Origin: Candidatus Hydrogenedentota bacterium
Lineage (GTDB): Bacteria; Hydrogenedentota; Hydrogenedentia; Hydrogenedentales; SLHB01
Length of the DNA: 64,000 nt
Direction of reading: 5' to 3'
Assembly (NCBI GenBank): GCA_045863335.1
Contig: BTVY01000021.1
Span: 43,426 to 107,425, forward strand
Both the position numbers and the translations under genes were made by a program. Positions 1-10,891 of the stretch are shown in pieces. How positions within the stretch are numbered: position 1 is the first letter of the stretch; every line of letters starts with the position of its first letter. The notes beneath the pieces were generated by a model. That model worked only from the letters and a program-made list of their open reading frames with translations, had not been told where the DNA came from and ran no database searches.

Positions 1-301
1 TGCCTTTGTCGAAGGCGTCACGCACCATCTTCACACGGTCCTCAAAAGACGGCGGATCGTCGAGCCCGTAGTACGCGTATTCTTTTTCCATCATGGCCGA
101 GCCGCCATGGCCGAGCACGGGGAAGCTGTAACCCGTCTTGCCGAATTTGCGGACGGGAATCTTCAGGTCGGAGGTGATGGGTTTGGTTCCGGCGCTTTGC
201 GCGCGGGCCGTCCCCGCGCCGAGGGCGGATGCAGCGGCCGCCACGCCAATACCCGTCTTCATGAATCCCCGTCGATCGATGTCGTTCTGCGCGTGAGCCA
301 T
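1..301 (-). CDS. Tat-exported aldo/keto reductase (partial, runs off the window start; not in the ORF track)
   Basis: Manual translation MAHAQNDIDRRGFMKTG...KIPVRKFGKTGYSFPVLGHGG: twin-arginine signal plus an AKR N-terminal motif; GGGAG RBS. Confidence 0.8.
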   Translation of the reverse strand, partial: MAHAQNDIDRRGFMKTGIGVAAAASALGAGTARAQSAGTKPITSDLKIPVRKFGKTGYSFPVLGHGGSAMMEKEYAYYGLDDPPSFEDRVKMVRDAFDKG

Positions 302-419
302 GGATGCTCTCCCTTGTGCCGTGACCAGTCCGAGTATGAGGAACCATGGTCGCATGGACCGGACGGATTTGCAACTTGCGGACCTACACGGACAGACATG
401 ACCTCTTTTTGTGGTTCAT

Positions 420-2774
420 TCAGAATCTGGGCAGATGTTTCAGGCCGTAAAAGTTGCGGTCTTGATCAGTCCGCTCAAATTTGGGTGGTGCGAGCATATC
501 GGCCGTCGTGTTGCTGCCTTCGCGCGTCAGGAAATAGCGGCCACCTTTGTTGGTTTTGAACTGAATGATTGCACCATCTAAAGACTGGGTTGGTTCATCA
601 GAGTCCATTCGCGACACGGTCACCTTCGCATCCGGCCAGGGATTTGCTATCTCGCACGGCATTCCCGCTTCGGACGCTATCACGGCGCCGACGACTTCGT
701 CGTCTTCGAGCTTGGCCGTCACGACGAAGGCGCCTTCGGCCCGGAGATTCTCGAAGTAGGCGTCGTTCCAGCGATCCGGCATGGTGGGGAACAGGCGAAT
801 TCGGCCACCCCAGGATTGCAGGAGCATTTCCATGGTCGCGGCAGCCGATCCGAAACCGGCTTCCAAAGTCATGGGCTCGTAGTCGAAGAGCGTGACGCCG
901 AAGATGCGCGGGTCGCCATTCACGTGGAAGGTGTTCGGCTTGATGAATGCGTTCGCGTACATGTCGAGCATCTGCCACGCCATGTTGCCGTAGCCCGCGC
1001 GCGACGCGATGAGCGACATCCACGGATAGGCCCAGCCGGTCCATTCGCCCGTGCCTTTCACGCGAATCTCGTGGAGGGAATCGCGGATGATGGCGCGGTC
1101 CTCGTCGCTGCCGTCCAGGGTAATCAATCCCAGCGGATGGATCGCCATGAGGTGGGAATGGTGGCGGTGCGAGTGAGCCAGCGGCGTGTCCGCGCTGACG
1201 AGCAGGCGATTGCCGTTGCGCAGATAGGGCGTCAAGTTGGCCAACACCTCGTTTACACGGCCCGTCAACTCATCCTCGGTTCCAAGGATGGCATTGGATT
1301 CGAGAATTGCGTTTCCGAGAAATCGAATCAGGGCCAGATCGCAATTGGGGTCTTTCGTATACGCGCTGAATCCGCCTTCTCCGTACTCGGGCGAGTAGCT
1401 GAGCGGCACGTGCAGCTTCCCGTCGTCGCCGGGCTCGAGCAGGTTCGCATAGGTGAGGAAGCAGCCTTTCATCATGGGCAGGGCCTGCACCCGAAGAAAC
1501 GTCCCGTCCTGCGAGTACAGGAAGTGCAGCCAGTAGTGGTGCGCGAGCCAGGCCGCATTTCCCGGCCACAGCTCCACGCCGGAATAGCCGTAGATGCGTT
1601 CGCCTTTGGGGCCAATCGCGCAGCCCGACCAGAGTCCGTCGAACCCGAAGAACTCCTGGCACTGTTCCTGCCATCGCGGGATGCACTCGGAGAATGCGCG
1701 ATACAACGGCTCGCCCAATTCGAGCCGGTTGGCCGTGTAGATGGGCCAATAGGACTGCTGGACGTTCATGTCGAGATGGTAGTCGCCGGCCCAGGGCGGC
1801 ATGCCGCCGTCGAGCGTCCATAGCCCTTGCAGCGTGACCGGCAATCCACCCGGACGCGACGAACACGCGAGCTTGTACATCTCGATGTAGTAGAGCGCTT
1901 CAAAGCGCGCGTCGGGGATGGTGAGGTAGGAGCGCGTCCAGTAGTTTTCCCACCAGTTCACGTGCGCAATCTGAGCGACGTCGTCGAAGGATGCCAGCGC
2001 CGACTGCGCGGCGGCGAGGGGATCGGGCGCGTCGTTGGACGACATGATGGACAACAGAAACTGCACGCGATCACCGCTTACCTGCAATCGTTGCCAGGCC
2101 AGCGCATAAACCAGGCCTGCGGGAGTCCGTTGCACGAAGGACCCGCCGGACGCGTCCTCTGACACTTCGGGCTCTGGATAGCCCCAACGCTTGAGCGTCT
2201 CCTTCGCGCCGGCGTCGAGATGATCGAGGGAGACGCGAAACGTCGCGTTCGCGGCAGCGCCGCCTTCGAGCAGGAGGGACAAGACGTTTGATTCGGCATT
2301 CACTCGCGACGTCATCGCGGTCCGTTCATTGTCCACCGTCAGCCGTTGCGCGACCGTCGCATCGCGCAATCGCAACCGCGCATCAATCCATTCCACGGCA
2401 CCGCCGAAATCCACCTCCAGGCGCGGCATGGGGAGACGCGTGGGATGCGGATCGTCGCCGTAGATGGCTTCGGTCCGCATGATCTGTTCGGCTTCTTTCC
2501 GCTGAGCCGTTTCGACCAATTCGCGGAGTCGCGCATAGGTGATGCCGTCTAGCGGTTTCTCGCGCGTTTCCCATGCATCGTATTTATCGAGAGTGATCTT
2601 CAGCGGCGCGCCGTCGCCCCAGATCATGGCGCCCATGTGGCCGTTGGCGAGGGGTATCCCTTCCAACCAACGCACGGGCGCTTTCTCCCAGACGGGATCG
2701 TGCTGATCCAGAAACGAAACCGGCGGCATCGCCGCGGACGCGATGACAATCAAGGATGCGAGCGCTGTGGACAT
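420..2774 (-). CDS. Glycoside hydrolase family 95-like (alpha-L-fucosidase)
   Basis: GIPLANGHMGAMIWG, LQGLW...W.GDYHLDMNVQQSYW, SYSPEY, HRHHSHL, EMLLQS motifs; start reassigned to MSTALASL after a GGGGGAG RBS. Confidence 0.88.
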   Translation of the reverse strand: MSTALASLIVIASAAMPPVSFLDQHDPVWEKAPVRWLEGIPLANGHMGAMIWGDGAPLKITLDKYDAWETREKPLDGITYARLRELVETAQRKEAEQIMRTEAIYGDDPHPTRLPMPRLEVDFGGAVEWIDARLRLRDATVAQRLTVDNERTAMTSRVNAESNVLSLLLEGGAAANATFRVSLDHLDAGAKETLKRWGYPEPEVSEDASGGSFVQRTPAGLVYALAWQRLQVSGDRVQFLLSIMSSNDAPDPLAAAQSALASFDDVAQIAHVNWWENYWTRSYLTIPDARFEALYYIEMYKLACSSRPGGLPVTLQGLWTLDGGMPPWAGDYHLDMNVQQSYWPIYTANRLELGEPLYRAFSECIPRWQEQCQEFFGFDGLWSGCAIGPKGERIYGYSGVELWPGNAAWLAHHYWLHFLYSQDGTFLRVQALPMMKGCFLTYANLLEPGDDGKLHVPLSYSPEYGEGGFSAYTKDPNCDLALIRFLGNAILESNAILGTEDELTGRVNEVLANLTPYLRNGNRLLVSADTPLAHSHRHHSHLMAIHPLGLITLDGSDEDRAIIRDSLHEIRVKGTGEWTGWAYPWMSLIASRAGYGNMAWQMLDMYANAFIKPNTFHVNGDPRIFGVTLFDYEPMTLEAGFGSAAATMEMLLQSWGGRIRLFPTMPDRWNDAYFENLRAEGAFVVTAKLEDDEVVGAVIASEAGMPCEIANPWPDAKVTVSRMDSDEPTQSLDGAIIQFKTNKGGRYFLTREGSNTTADMLAPPKFERTDQDRNFYGLKHLPRF

Positions 2775-2837
2775 GGGTACTCCCCCCTCTGATTCTTTCC
2801 GCGTATCGTACCCGGTATTTGAACCAAGATCGAGGCA

Positions 2838-2904
2838 TGTAGCGCAGGCGTCCCCGCCTGCAAGTTTGAGAATCAGAGATGCAGGCGGGGACGCCTGCGC
2901 TACA
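2838..2904. repeat. GTAG-type REP-like inverted repeat pair
   Basis: TGTAGCGCAGGCGTCCCCGCCTGCA and its perfect reverse complement, 17 bp apart, intergenic. Confidence 0.8.
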
Positions 2905-2928
2905 GGTGCGGATCGTTTGAATTCGAGA

Positions 2929-4695
2929 CTACTGCTTCCCTCGCAGGTGGGGTTCGACGTAGGTACGCCATTCGTCGGAATCTTTCGGCACGTACGAAAC
3001 GTGCCAGTCGAGGTACAGGACATTGCGTCCCGGTTCGGGTCCTGGGAAGTCCGTACGATTCAGCAGGATCGGAATCTCCGACGCGATCGCGTCGGCGGTT
3101 GCGCGATCGTTTTGCCAGATGTCCGGGTCGCCGGCGCGCTGCGCGACGAGATCATGAACCTGCGTACCGGGATACAAATACAAGTACGAGTTCGTTCCGG
3201 GATCGTCCTTCGGGCTCGTCAGCACGGACGGATCGGTCATGTACTCCGGATACACGGAAATCCAACCGCCCGGCGTGTAGTTCTCGTGCTCGTTCTGGAA
3301 CATTTGGATGATAATGCGAAGTTGCTGGAGATTCTTCTGGTCCTGTGTGATCCAGGCGTTGAGCGTGCCTTCGTCGGGCACGGTGTCGTTGGCGCGCCGG
3401 CCTTCCTGGTGTACCTGTTCGTGGAGATCGCCGCGCGCGGTGACGGTGTAGGTGACGCTGGGGTCGGTAAATTCGACGGTCAGAATCGTGGACGGCTCCA
3501 ACCACTCGTCTCCTCCATACTGTGCGCGAAGCACTTCGTCGTACGCAGCAAAGCGTTCACCGAGGGGCAGGTACTGGCGGAATGTATCGAAGCGCGGGGC
3601 CTCCGCCAGATTCGGTACGGCGATCCGGTGTTGGCCATCGTAGGTGACCCGGCGCTCCTCGTTCGTGGTGTACGGTGTGGACCGACTCAACTCGCCCGCC
3701 ATCAGCATGTCGAGAGTTGATGGAAACAGCCCCCCGTGATCGCGGGCGTAGCTCATCAACGCGTTGCGAATCTGCTCCACTTCCTGTTTGCGTTCGCGCA
3801 ACCTGGCCAGGATGGTCTCTTCATCTTCAGGAACTTTCGTGAACCGCAGTTCCAACGACTCCGGGTCGACCCCGTCGCCGAAGGGGGTTGCGCCGTCGAA
3901 CCTCATGACGACGTAATCCTGCGACCAGGCCAGTTCGCCGCGCATCACGAACAAGCCGTCGCCTTCCTTGAACTGAAGCATCAGTTCGCGCTCGTCCAGG
4001 GTGCCGGTGGCGAACGTGCCGCCGCGTTCGTCCGTGACTTCGACGCGGTCGCCGTCCTGATGAAAGGTCAGGAGATCGCCGTAGTCTTCAACTGACCCGT
4101 CCATGGCCAGCACGGCCTTCCACAATCCATCGATACTGCGCGGGAGCTGCGCTTCCATCGAGAATGGCCCCAGGGTCAGGCGGATGGACTCGCCGTCATG
4201 GTCAAGCACGACTTCCTTTTCGTACACCTCCGTCAACGTGACGTCTTGTTTGACCACGTCGCCCACACGATAGACTTTCTGCTTGCCAGAAACCGTATCG
4301 CGAAGCACCGCGGCCGGCGACCCACCGAGAACCGTGCCTGCAAGGGCAAGGTTGAGCGGTTCCGGCTCGGGTTCTGGCGCGGATATTGGAGACGCTTCCT
4401 CCTGGTCATCGATGGCCTCGGCCGCAGGCTCCGGCGGCAGGTCTGGCGACGGCTCCAGTTCGCCGGCCGAAACCGTGGGAGTCGTCGGGGCCTGGGTTGG
4501 ACGCAGGAAATAGAACGTCGACAGGCTGGCAAGCACCACGAGCAGAATCACTCCGATCGCAACGGCCAAAAGCGCTCGTCGCGGCTCGTGACGTGCAGGC
4601 GCGTCCGCGGGCGCGTCTCCGGCGACCGGGTGCTCCCCGTGAGGTTCTCCGTCGTTCTCACGTGGAGAAGTCTGCTCGTTGCCGCGTTCAGTCAT
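2929..4695 (-). CDS. Membrane-anchored protein with a GspC/T2SS-C-like domain and a C-terminal DUF1559-like region
   Basis: TM helix; LALAGTVLGG..AVLRD...KVYRVGD (GspC HR-like); YPEYMTDPSVL..GRNVLYLDWHV. Confidence 0.6.
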   Translation of the reverse strand: MTERGNEQTSPRENDGEPHGEHPVAGDAPADAPARHEPRRALLAVAIGVILLVVLASLSTFYFLRPTQAPTTPTVSAGELEPSPDLPPEPAAEAIDDQEEASPISAPEPEPEPLNLALAGTVLGGSPAAVLRDTVSGKQKVYRVGDVVKQDVTLTEVYEKEVVLDHDGESIRLTLGPFSMEAQLPRSIDGLWKAVLAMDGSVEDYGDLLTFHQDGDRVEVTDERGGTFATGTLDERELMLQFKEGDGLFVMRGELAWSQDYVVMRFDGATPFGDGVDPESLELRFTKVPEDEETILARLRERKQEVEQIRNALMSYARDHGGLFPSTLDMLMAGELSRSTPYTTNEERRVTYDGQHRIAVPNLAEAPRFDTFRQYLPLGERFAAYDEVLRAQYGGDEWLEPSTILTVEFTDPSVTYTVTARGDLHEQVHQEGRRANDTVPDEGTLNAWITQDQKNLQQLRIIIQMFQNEHENYTPGGWISVYPEYMTDPSVLTSPKDDPGTNSYLYLYPGTQVHDLVAQRAGDPDIWQNDRATADAIASEIPILLNRTDFPGPEPGRNVLYLDWHVSYVPKDSDEWRTYVEPHLRGKQ

Positions 4696-4924
4696 TGGCG
4701 CTGTCCTCGCTCAGTCGCGCTTTCCACAAATGCAGGTTCATTCTATTGGAACAGAAAACGCCAGGAAAGCACGCAATGATGACGCTTCGGACAGTTGCGC
4801 GAAGATTGGTGAAGGGATGGCGCCCTGCAAGATCGTCTGCCGGAATTGCATAGCGCAGGTAAACGCGCTACGATTCCCGGGAAGGGGCTCGTATCGCCGG
4901 CCCCGGGGTTTAAGGCGGGAGACC

Positions 4925-6802
4925 ATGACCAAGGTCAAGTGTCCAAAATGCGGGGCGACGAATCCCAGCGACGAATCGAAGTGCGGCCGTTGCGGCGGCA
5001 CGCTGCCGCAGGTTCGCGTCCAATCTGGAGACGTCGGGCAGCGTCCGGCCCCTCCGGGCAGACCCGGCCACCATACCTTCCAGAAAGGCCAGGTCGTCGC
5101 CAACCGGTACACTATCCTTGACGTGATTGGCCGGGGCGGCATGGGCTGTATCTATAAGGTCTACGACAACACGCTGAAAGAGGAGGTCGCGTTAAAGACG
5201 CTCCTCCCGCAATACGTGCAGGACAAGCTGGTCGTCGATCGCTTCTTTAACGAGGCGCGCATCGCGCGGCAGTTGTCGCACCCGGGAATCGTGCGCGTGC
5301 ACGACATCGGCCTGGCCGACGGCTCCGTCTACATTTCCATGGAGTTGCTGAAGGGCCAGTCGCTACGGTCCATGATGGACAAGATGGGCCCGGGCCGCCG
5401 CATCCCCGTGAAGAGCACGCTGCAACTGATGATTCAGCTATGCACGGCGCTCGAGTACGCCCACCAGTTCACCGTGCACCGGGATATCAAGCCCGAGAAC
5501 GTAATGGTCTTGCCGAACGGCACGGTCAAGCTCATGGATTTCGGCATCTCGAAGCTCATGAGCAACCAGAGCCTCACGGCCACATCGGTGATCATGGGCA
5601 CGCCCCACTACATGTCGCCGGAGCAGATCAAGGACAGCCGGAATGTCGATGCTCGTGCGGACGTGTACAGCATCGGCGTCATGCTTTACGAAATCCTCAC
5701 CGGCAACTTGCCCACCGGCATTCCAAAGCCCGCGTCGCAGATCATCAAGGACCTTCCGCCGTCGCTCGATCCCATCGTGGAGAAGTGCGTTGAACCGCAA
5801 CCCATTAACCGCTACCAGAACGTTTCCGACCTCAAGCAGGCGCTCACGTCGATTCTGGAGATTGTTTCGGGCGGGAGCGTTGCGCCTGCGCCAAAGCCGG
5901 GCGGGTCAACCGCGGCCGCACAGGGGACTTCGGGACCGCGCAAGGTGGTTGGCATCGCACTCATCCTGATTGTCGCGGGGCTCACCGCCTTGGGCGTCTG
6001 GGGGCTCACCAGCCGGCGGACATTTCCCTTGCGGGAAGCCCAGGCGGCGGGGACTGAACCCGCGGAAATATCGCAGGCCGAGATTGACCGCGCACGATAC
6101 CAGCGCACCGCGGAGTACCTCCGGTTGGCCGGAAACCGCACGCTGAGCCTTCAGGGATCCGAAGAGCTACAGCCCATCCTCGAACGGGGAGCCGCCCTCG
6201 CCGAGGCGGCAACGCAGCTTGCCTCAGACGACGTCGTCCGGGCGAACCGGTTGGCGGAGCAGGCGCTGCAATGTTATCTCGCCGTGTTGCCGCCGCGGCC
6301 CAATGACATGGTGTTCGTGGCGCCGGGCGATATCGATGAGGATGGCTTCTATATTGGCGCGGCTCCGGTGACAGTCGGGCAATTCTCGCAGTTCGCGTCC
6401 ACGTCCGGCTGGGGCGATTATGGTTCGCTTTCGGCCGAAGCCGCTGCGCAACCCCTCACGAACGTGCCATTCTACGCTGCGCTTGCCTATGCCACGGCCA
6501 ACGATCTCGAATTGCCCACCGCGGCCCAGTGGGATCGCGCCTATCAACAGAGTCCGCAGACCATGGCATCCGGTTACTACGAGTGGACCCGCACGGCGGC
6601 GCGCGGGAATGGAGAACAATCCATACCCGACTTCGGCGATCAAATCCTGTTGCGCGCGGCGTATGCCGACCAGGATGGCAATCCGGTTTTGGATGGCGAC
6701 CGCGTGCTGAACTTCGACGGGGCGGGCCCGCAAGTGGGATTCCGCTGTGTTCGACGAATCCCTACGAATCCTGATTCCGTCGAGGCGCGGCTCCAGGATT
6801 GA
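4925..6802 (+). CDS. Ser/Thr protein kinase with N-terminal zinc ribbon, TM helix and C-terminal FGE-sulfatase-like domain
   Basis: CPKC..CGRC; IGRGGMG, VALK, HRDIKPEN, DFG, GTPHYMSPE; C-terminal GFRCVR. Confidence 0.9.
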   Translation: MTKVKCPKCGATNPSDESKCGRCGGTLPQVRVQSGDVGQRPAPPGRPGHHTFQKGQVVANRYTILDVIGRGGMGCIYKVYDNTLKEEVALKTLLPQYVQDKLVVDRFFNEARIARQLSHPGIVRVHDIGLADGSVYISMELLKGQSLRSMMDKMGPGRRIPVKSTLQLMIQLCTALEYAHQFTVHRDIKPENVMVLPNGTVKLMDFGISKLMSNQSLTATSVIMGTPHYMSPEQIKDSRNVDARADVYSIGVMLYEILTGNLPTGIPKPASQIIKDLPPSLDPIVEKCVEPQPINRYQNVSDLKQALTSILEIVSGGSVAPAPKPGGSTAAAQGTSGPRKVVGIALILIVAGLTALGVWGLTSRRTFPLREAQAAGTEPAEISQAEIDRARYQRTAEYLRLAGNRTLSLQGSEELQPILERGAALAEAATQLASDDVVRANRLAEQALQCYLAVLPPRPNDMVFVAPGDIDEDGFYIGAAPVTVGQFSQFASTSGWGDYGSLSAEAAAQPLTNVPFYAALAYATANDLELPTAAQWDRAYQQSPQTMASGYYEWTRTAARGNGEQSIPDFGDQILLRAAYADQDGNPVLDGDRVLNFDGAGPQVGFRCVRRIPTNPDSVEARLQD

Positions 6803-6980
6803 TCGCTTTGCTGCGATTTCGGTAGCGAATGCGTTGGCGGCATCTTAAACTCGGACAAACATTTAGACGTGTTAGCGAGAGAACTGCGCCGCATGGGGTT
6901 TGACACCCTCGTTATCAGCATTTACAATAAGGTCAGTCCTCGGGAATCGCCCGAAACCAAGATAACCTCACGAGGCCGAT

Positions 6981-7418
6981 ATGCAAGTTTGTTCGTGCCC
7001 TCATTGCGGTACACCCCGCATCATTACATCGAAAGTTCCCAAAGATGTGGTCGTGGTCATGCCCTGCCCGAACTGCCGCGAATTGGTCGTGCTTTTCCGG
7101 AACAAGGCTATCGCGTTGAGCCGCAAGATCATGGAGCAAGGATCCTTCGAAGAGCGCAAGGACCACATTGCGGAGATCATCACCGAGTTTTTCGAACCGG
7201 GCATGCTGGGTCTGCCTCCGTCTGAGAGTGGGGCCGGATTCGAACTCGACGACGACGATGTGGGGTCCGCGACCGAGGCATTCGACGGACTCTTCGCGAG
7301 CTCGTCGGATTCGACCACGGCGAAGGGGCCCATTAGCGAGAAAGAGGTCGAAGAGTTCGTGCGGCTCGATCTGCATCGCATTGACGAGCCAAACTACTTC
7401 AAGAAATACTTCGGCTGA
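6981..7418 (+). CDS. Hypothetical zinc-ribbon protein
   Basis: CPHC...CPNC, acidic C-terminal half, GAGG RBS. Confidence 0.7.
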   Translation: MQVCSCPHCGTPRIITSKVPKDVVVVMPCPNCRELVVLFRNKAIALSRKIMEQGSFEERKDHIAEIITEFFEPGMLGLPPSESGAGFELDDDDVGSATEAFDGLFASSSDSTTAKGPISEKEVEEFVRLDLHRIDEPNYFKKYFG

Positions 7419-7420
7419 TT

Positions 7421-8179
7421 CTACTCTCCCGCGTTCGAACTCATGACCAAGGCGCCATGTCCCGACGCGATCTGAAACAACGCGATCGCAGCGGCGACAG
7501 CCACGTTCAGGCTATCCAAATCTCTCGCCAGTGGAATCGTGACAGAAACATCCGCTTCCTTCCGCACGCCGGGACGCAGTCCCTCGGATTCGTTTCCGAG
7601 TACCAGCGCACAGCGATCTGCCCACGGCGTATCAAATACGCTTTGGCCACCGGCCGCGTCCATGGCATACACCCAGAACCCCGCCTCTTTTAGGGCGCGA
7701 AGCGTTTGGGCCACGTTTCCGCATTGCACGATGGGCACATGAAAGGCCGTGCCCGCGCTGGCGCGCAACACGTCCTCGTCCAGCAGGGCTCCGCCGCGGC
7801 TGGTCACCAGCACGCCCGCCGCGCCTGCCCCCGCCGCAGTACGAATCAGCATGCCGAGGTTCTTGGGATGCTGTATTTGATCGAGGACGAGCAACGTCGC
7901 TTTCGGCCCGCACTGCGCGAGGCAGTCCGCCAGCGCCGTGTATTCCACGGGACTGATGATGGCGACGACGCCCTGGTGCTCCTGCGTGCCGGCCAGTTCG
8001 TTGAGTTTCGCCTGCGGCACAAAATCGAACCGCACCTTCGCGCGCTTCGCCTCCGATACAAGCGCGTTTACCCCGTGCGCACGCGACTCCTTCGCGATGT
8101 ACACGCGGTTCACGCGCCCGGCGGAACGCAACGCTTCGGTGACGGCATTTACGCCGTGGATGACTTTCGTGGAGGACAT
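7421..8179 (-). CDS. rlmB: 23S rRNA (guanosine-2'-O)-methyltransferase, TrmH/SpoU family
   Basis: IHGVNAVTEAL, HQGVVA, LDQIQHPKNLG, GNESEG, DSLNVAVA. Confidence 0.9.
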   Translation of the reverse strand: MSSTKVIHGVNAVTEALRSAGRVNRVYIAKESRAHGVNALVSEAKRAKVRFDFVPQAKLNELAGTQEHQGVVAIISPVEYTALADCLAQCGPKATLLVLDQIQHPKNLGMLIRTAAGAGAAGVLVTSRGGALLDEDVLRASAGTAFHVPIVQCGNVAQTLRALKEAGFWVYAMDAAGGQSVFDTPWADRCALVLGNESEGLRPGVRKEADVSVTIPLARDLDSLNVAVAAAIALFQIASGHGALVMSSNAGE

Positions 8180-8243
8180 GAGCGGGATCGTATGCGACGC
8201 CGCGTGGGATTGCAACGCGGACAGATTGACGATAGGGGTGCGC

Positions 8244-8678
8244 TCAAGTACCGCCTTCGTGCCGCACGGGCTCGCTGATCCCTGGCGACGTTGTCAGCAA
8301 CAAAATCAAGACATAGGCGTGAGCGCCAATGAACAAAAGGATGGGCAGCGATGCCGGCAGGTCATGACGCCAGTCAATTCCATCGCCCGCCAGCGATGCA
8401 GCTCCGATCAAGAGGACGCCGCCGACAGTGACGCTGGCACAGACCAGGCACAAGCCGTAATAGCCCCACGTTCGCCCTTTGGAGAACAGATAAGCCGCAA
8501 GCGCGGCAAACAGAAGGACACCAACTCGGTTGAAGTCTCGAGCATCGACATCAGGAAACCAGACGCCGGACTCCGCATCACGAAAAACCGCAAGGAAGGA
8601 CAACAGGGTCAGCATGCCGTAAAACCCGGCGAGCACCCGCCCCGCGTAACGTACCCGCCGTGATGGCGCGTTTGCCAT
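8244..8678 (-). CDS. Hypothetical 4-TM membrane protein
   Basis: Four hydrophobic segments; GGAGG RBS before MANAPSRR. Confidence 0.65.
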   Translation of the reverse strand: MANAPSRRVRYAGRVLAGFYGMLTLLSFLAVFRDAESGVWFPDVDARDFNRVGVLLFAALAAYLFSKGRTWGYYGLCLVCASVTVGGVLLIGAASLAGDGIDWRHDLPASLPILLFIGAHAYVLILLLTTSPGISEPVRHEGGT

Positions 8679-8774
8679 GTACCCTCCAGAGACCGTGAAA
8701 TCCATTGCGTGCGATCAACTCTTTCGCAATAATAGCAGCGCACTCAGAAACGCACAAACCACAGGGGGCAATTC

Positions 8775-9803
8775 ATGTTTTCGTTCGCCGGCAAGTATTT
8801 ATATCGGTTGATATCAATTCTTCCCTCCGGGTCTGCGTTGGCCGTCCTACTTCTGGCGGCTTCCTGCGCGTCGGTGCGAACCGGCTCGCCGTTCGCGGGC
8901 GCTCCGCCGGCGGCTCCAGGGTACACGGACTACCGGGACGCCATCGAAGCGTTGTCCTCCGGCGCGGTACCGCGGGTGCAGGCGCCAGAATCGGTTCCGG
9001 CCGGTATCGACTTCTACGACGATCTGACATTCTCGGAGCCGGACGGCGTCACACTCACGCTGGATCTGTATGTTCCGGCGGAGTCGAGCGCGCCTCCCCC
9101 ACTCATGCTCTTCATTCACGGCGGCGGTTGGCATCAAGGAAAGAAAGAACACACCGCCTACTACAACAACTACTTTGCGCAGCGCGGCTACGCGACGGCT
9201 TCTGCGGCTTACCGTCTCTCGCCGGAGCATACCTTTCCCGCCGCAATCCAGGACGTGAAGTGCGCGATGGTCTGGTTGAAGCAGCACGGACCCGAGTACG
9301 GTTTTGATGGGAGTCGCGTCGTGCTCATCGGCGGTTCTGCGGGCGGCCACTTGTCGCTGCTGGCGGGCTACAGCCAGGATCCCGCGCTGGCGTGTCCCAA
9401 CGCGCCGGCCGGTTCGGAACCCGAGGTAAAGGGCATTGTGAATTTCTATGGCGTCGTGGACTGCACGACGCCTCGCGCGCAAGCGGCTCATCAAGTCAAT
9501 GATTTCATCGGCCAGCCGTACAGCGAAGCGCCAGACCGGTACGCCTTGGCGTCGCCGATCCATCATCTCGACGCGAACGATCCGCCGACGCTGACCTTCC
9601 ACGGAACTATCGATGAGCTGGTCCCGATTTCCCAGGCGGACACGTTGCACGCGAGACTGGATGAATTGAACGTGCCCAACTACTACGACCGCGTCGAAGG
9701 GTGGCACCATTCCATGGACCTTGCGGTGCCGCTCAGCGAGCGATTCTGTTACGTCACCGAGCGATTTCTGAAACGGTATCTGCCCCTGGGTTCCGCCGAA
9801 TAG
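8775..9803 (+). CDS. Alpha/beta hydrolase (esterase/lipase), probable lipoprotein
   Basis: HGGGW oxyanion motif, GGSAGG nucleophile elbow, HGTID..VP; lipobox-like LAASC. Confidence 0.88.
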   Translation: MFSFAGKYLYRLISILPSGSALAVLLLAASCASVRTGSPFAGAPPAAPGYTDYRDAIEALSSGAVPRVQAPESVPAGIDFYDDLTFSEPDGVTLTLDLYVPAESSAPPPLMLFIHGGGWHQGKKEHTAYYNNYFAQRGYATASAAYRLSPEHTFPAAIQDVKCAMVWLKQHGPEYGFDGSRVVLIGGSAGGHLSLLAGYSQDPALACPNAPAGSEPEVKGIVNFYGVVDCTTPRAQAAHQVNDFIGQPYSEAPDRYALASPIHHLDANDPPTLTFHGTIDELVPISQADTLHARLDELNVPNYYDRVEGWHHSMDLAVPLSERFCYVTERFLKRYLPLGSAE

Positions 9804-9828
9804 GCTCTCGGTTCCGAAGTTCTTGCGT

Positions 9829-9867
9829 GCGAGGCACTCCCCGCCGTTTCGCGGGGAGTGCCTCGCT
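9829..9867. terminator. Stem-loop between convergent genes
   Basis: GCGAGGCACTCCCCGC...GCGGGGAGTGCCTCGC inverted repeat. Confidence 0.6.
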
Positions 9868-9916
9868 TGCGTTATGGGAGACGCGGGTACTGCAGTTTGC
9901 GCCGCCTTGGGTCGCC

Positions 9917-10891
9917 TTAGCCGCCTACGGCGGTCATCGCCCACGCTACAGGTTCATTGACCGGACCTTTCCCGGTCGCCGTGTACTTGTGGAACTCCAC
10001 ATGTCCATCCATGAACAGCACGTTCGATCCGCCGGGAACGTGGTTCATCTTGGACGTGTCCGTGGAGAGCGTGTCGAACATGACGAAGATGCTGCTTTGG
10101 GCACTCGTCGATCCCGCCGGGTTGTTGATGTCCGTGATCGTGAATCGTTCGATGCCCTCGCGCAGGCGGCCCACTCGATCGGAATTCGCGTTGCCCAATG
10201 CGGAGGCGCCGGTGACGCCTTCACTTTCGGCCTCGGCCATGTCGATGTCCTCGTCGCCGGCCGATTCGCTGCCCGATTCCGCTTGCAACGTCACACCCGC
10301 CAGCATACCGGCCAACTGGCCGTTGATGTTGCCGGTCACAGAATTGTAGCCGAACGCCGCGAGGATCGAACCAGGGACTGTGGGTTCGCTGCCATCGGTC
10401 CGGTCAAGGAGCCAGCCGAAGTACACGTAACTGGAGTCGACAGCGCTCCAGCCGGTGTCAATGTCTTCACAGTTCCGCCCGAAGATGGTCTCTCCGGTGA
10501 CGGCGCTCACGGCATTCTCATCGTACGAGTCTTCCGCATCCGACGGGCAGAACACCAAGGCCCCGTCGGTGAGGTATTCCGGAAAGACGGCCGGTACCTT
10601 GAACCCGGTCGCAATGGCCCCGAAATCGCCGGTTTCGGGATACGCGGCGTCCTCACAGTCCACGACGGGCGTATACAATTCCACCATCATCGGCGGCCAC
10701 GCCCCGCCCTGGGATTCGTTGCTGTACATCTTGAACACGATGCCCATTTGCTTCAGGTTGTTTTGGCAACTCGCTCGTCGCGCCGCTTCCCGGGCTCGCG
10801 CCAGGGCCGGCAACAAGATTGCGGCCAGAATCCCGATAATCGCAATCACGACCAACAATTCGATCAACGTAAAACCTCGTTTCAACTTCAT
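9917..10891 (-). CDS. Prepilin-type N-terminal cleavage/methylation, DUF1559 domain protein
   Basis: [32 protein letters not shown]9-DG motif [15 protein letters not shown]. Confidence 0.93.
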   Translation of the reverse strand: MKLKRGFTLIELLVVIAIIGILAAILLPALARAREAARRASCQNNLKQMGIVFKMYSNESQGGAWPPMMVELYTPVVDCEDAAYPETGDFGAIATGFKVPAVFPEYLTDGALVFCPSDAEDSYDENAVSAVTGETIFGRNCEDIDTGWSAVDSSYVYFGWLLDRTDGSEPTVPGSILAAFGYNSVTGNINGQLAGMLAGVTLQAESGSESAGDEDIDMAEAESEGVTGASALGNANSDRVGRLREGIERFTITDINNPAGSTSAQSSIFVMFDTLSTDTSKMNHVPGGSNVLFMDGHVEFHKYTATGKGPVNEPVAWAMTAVGG

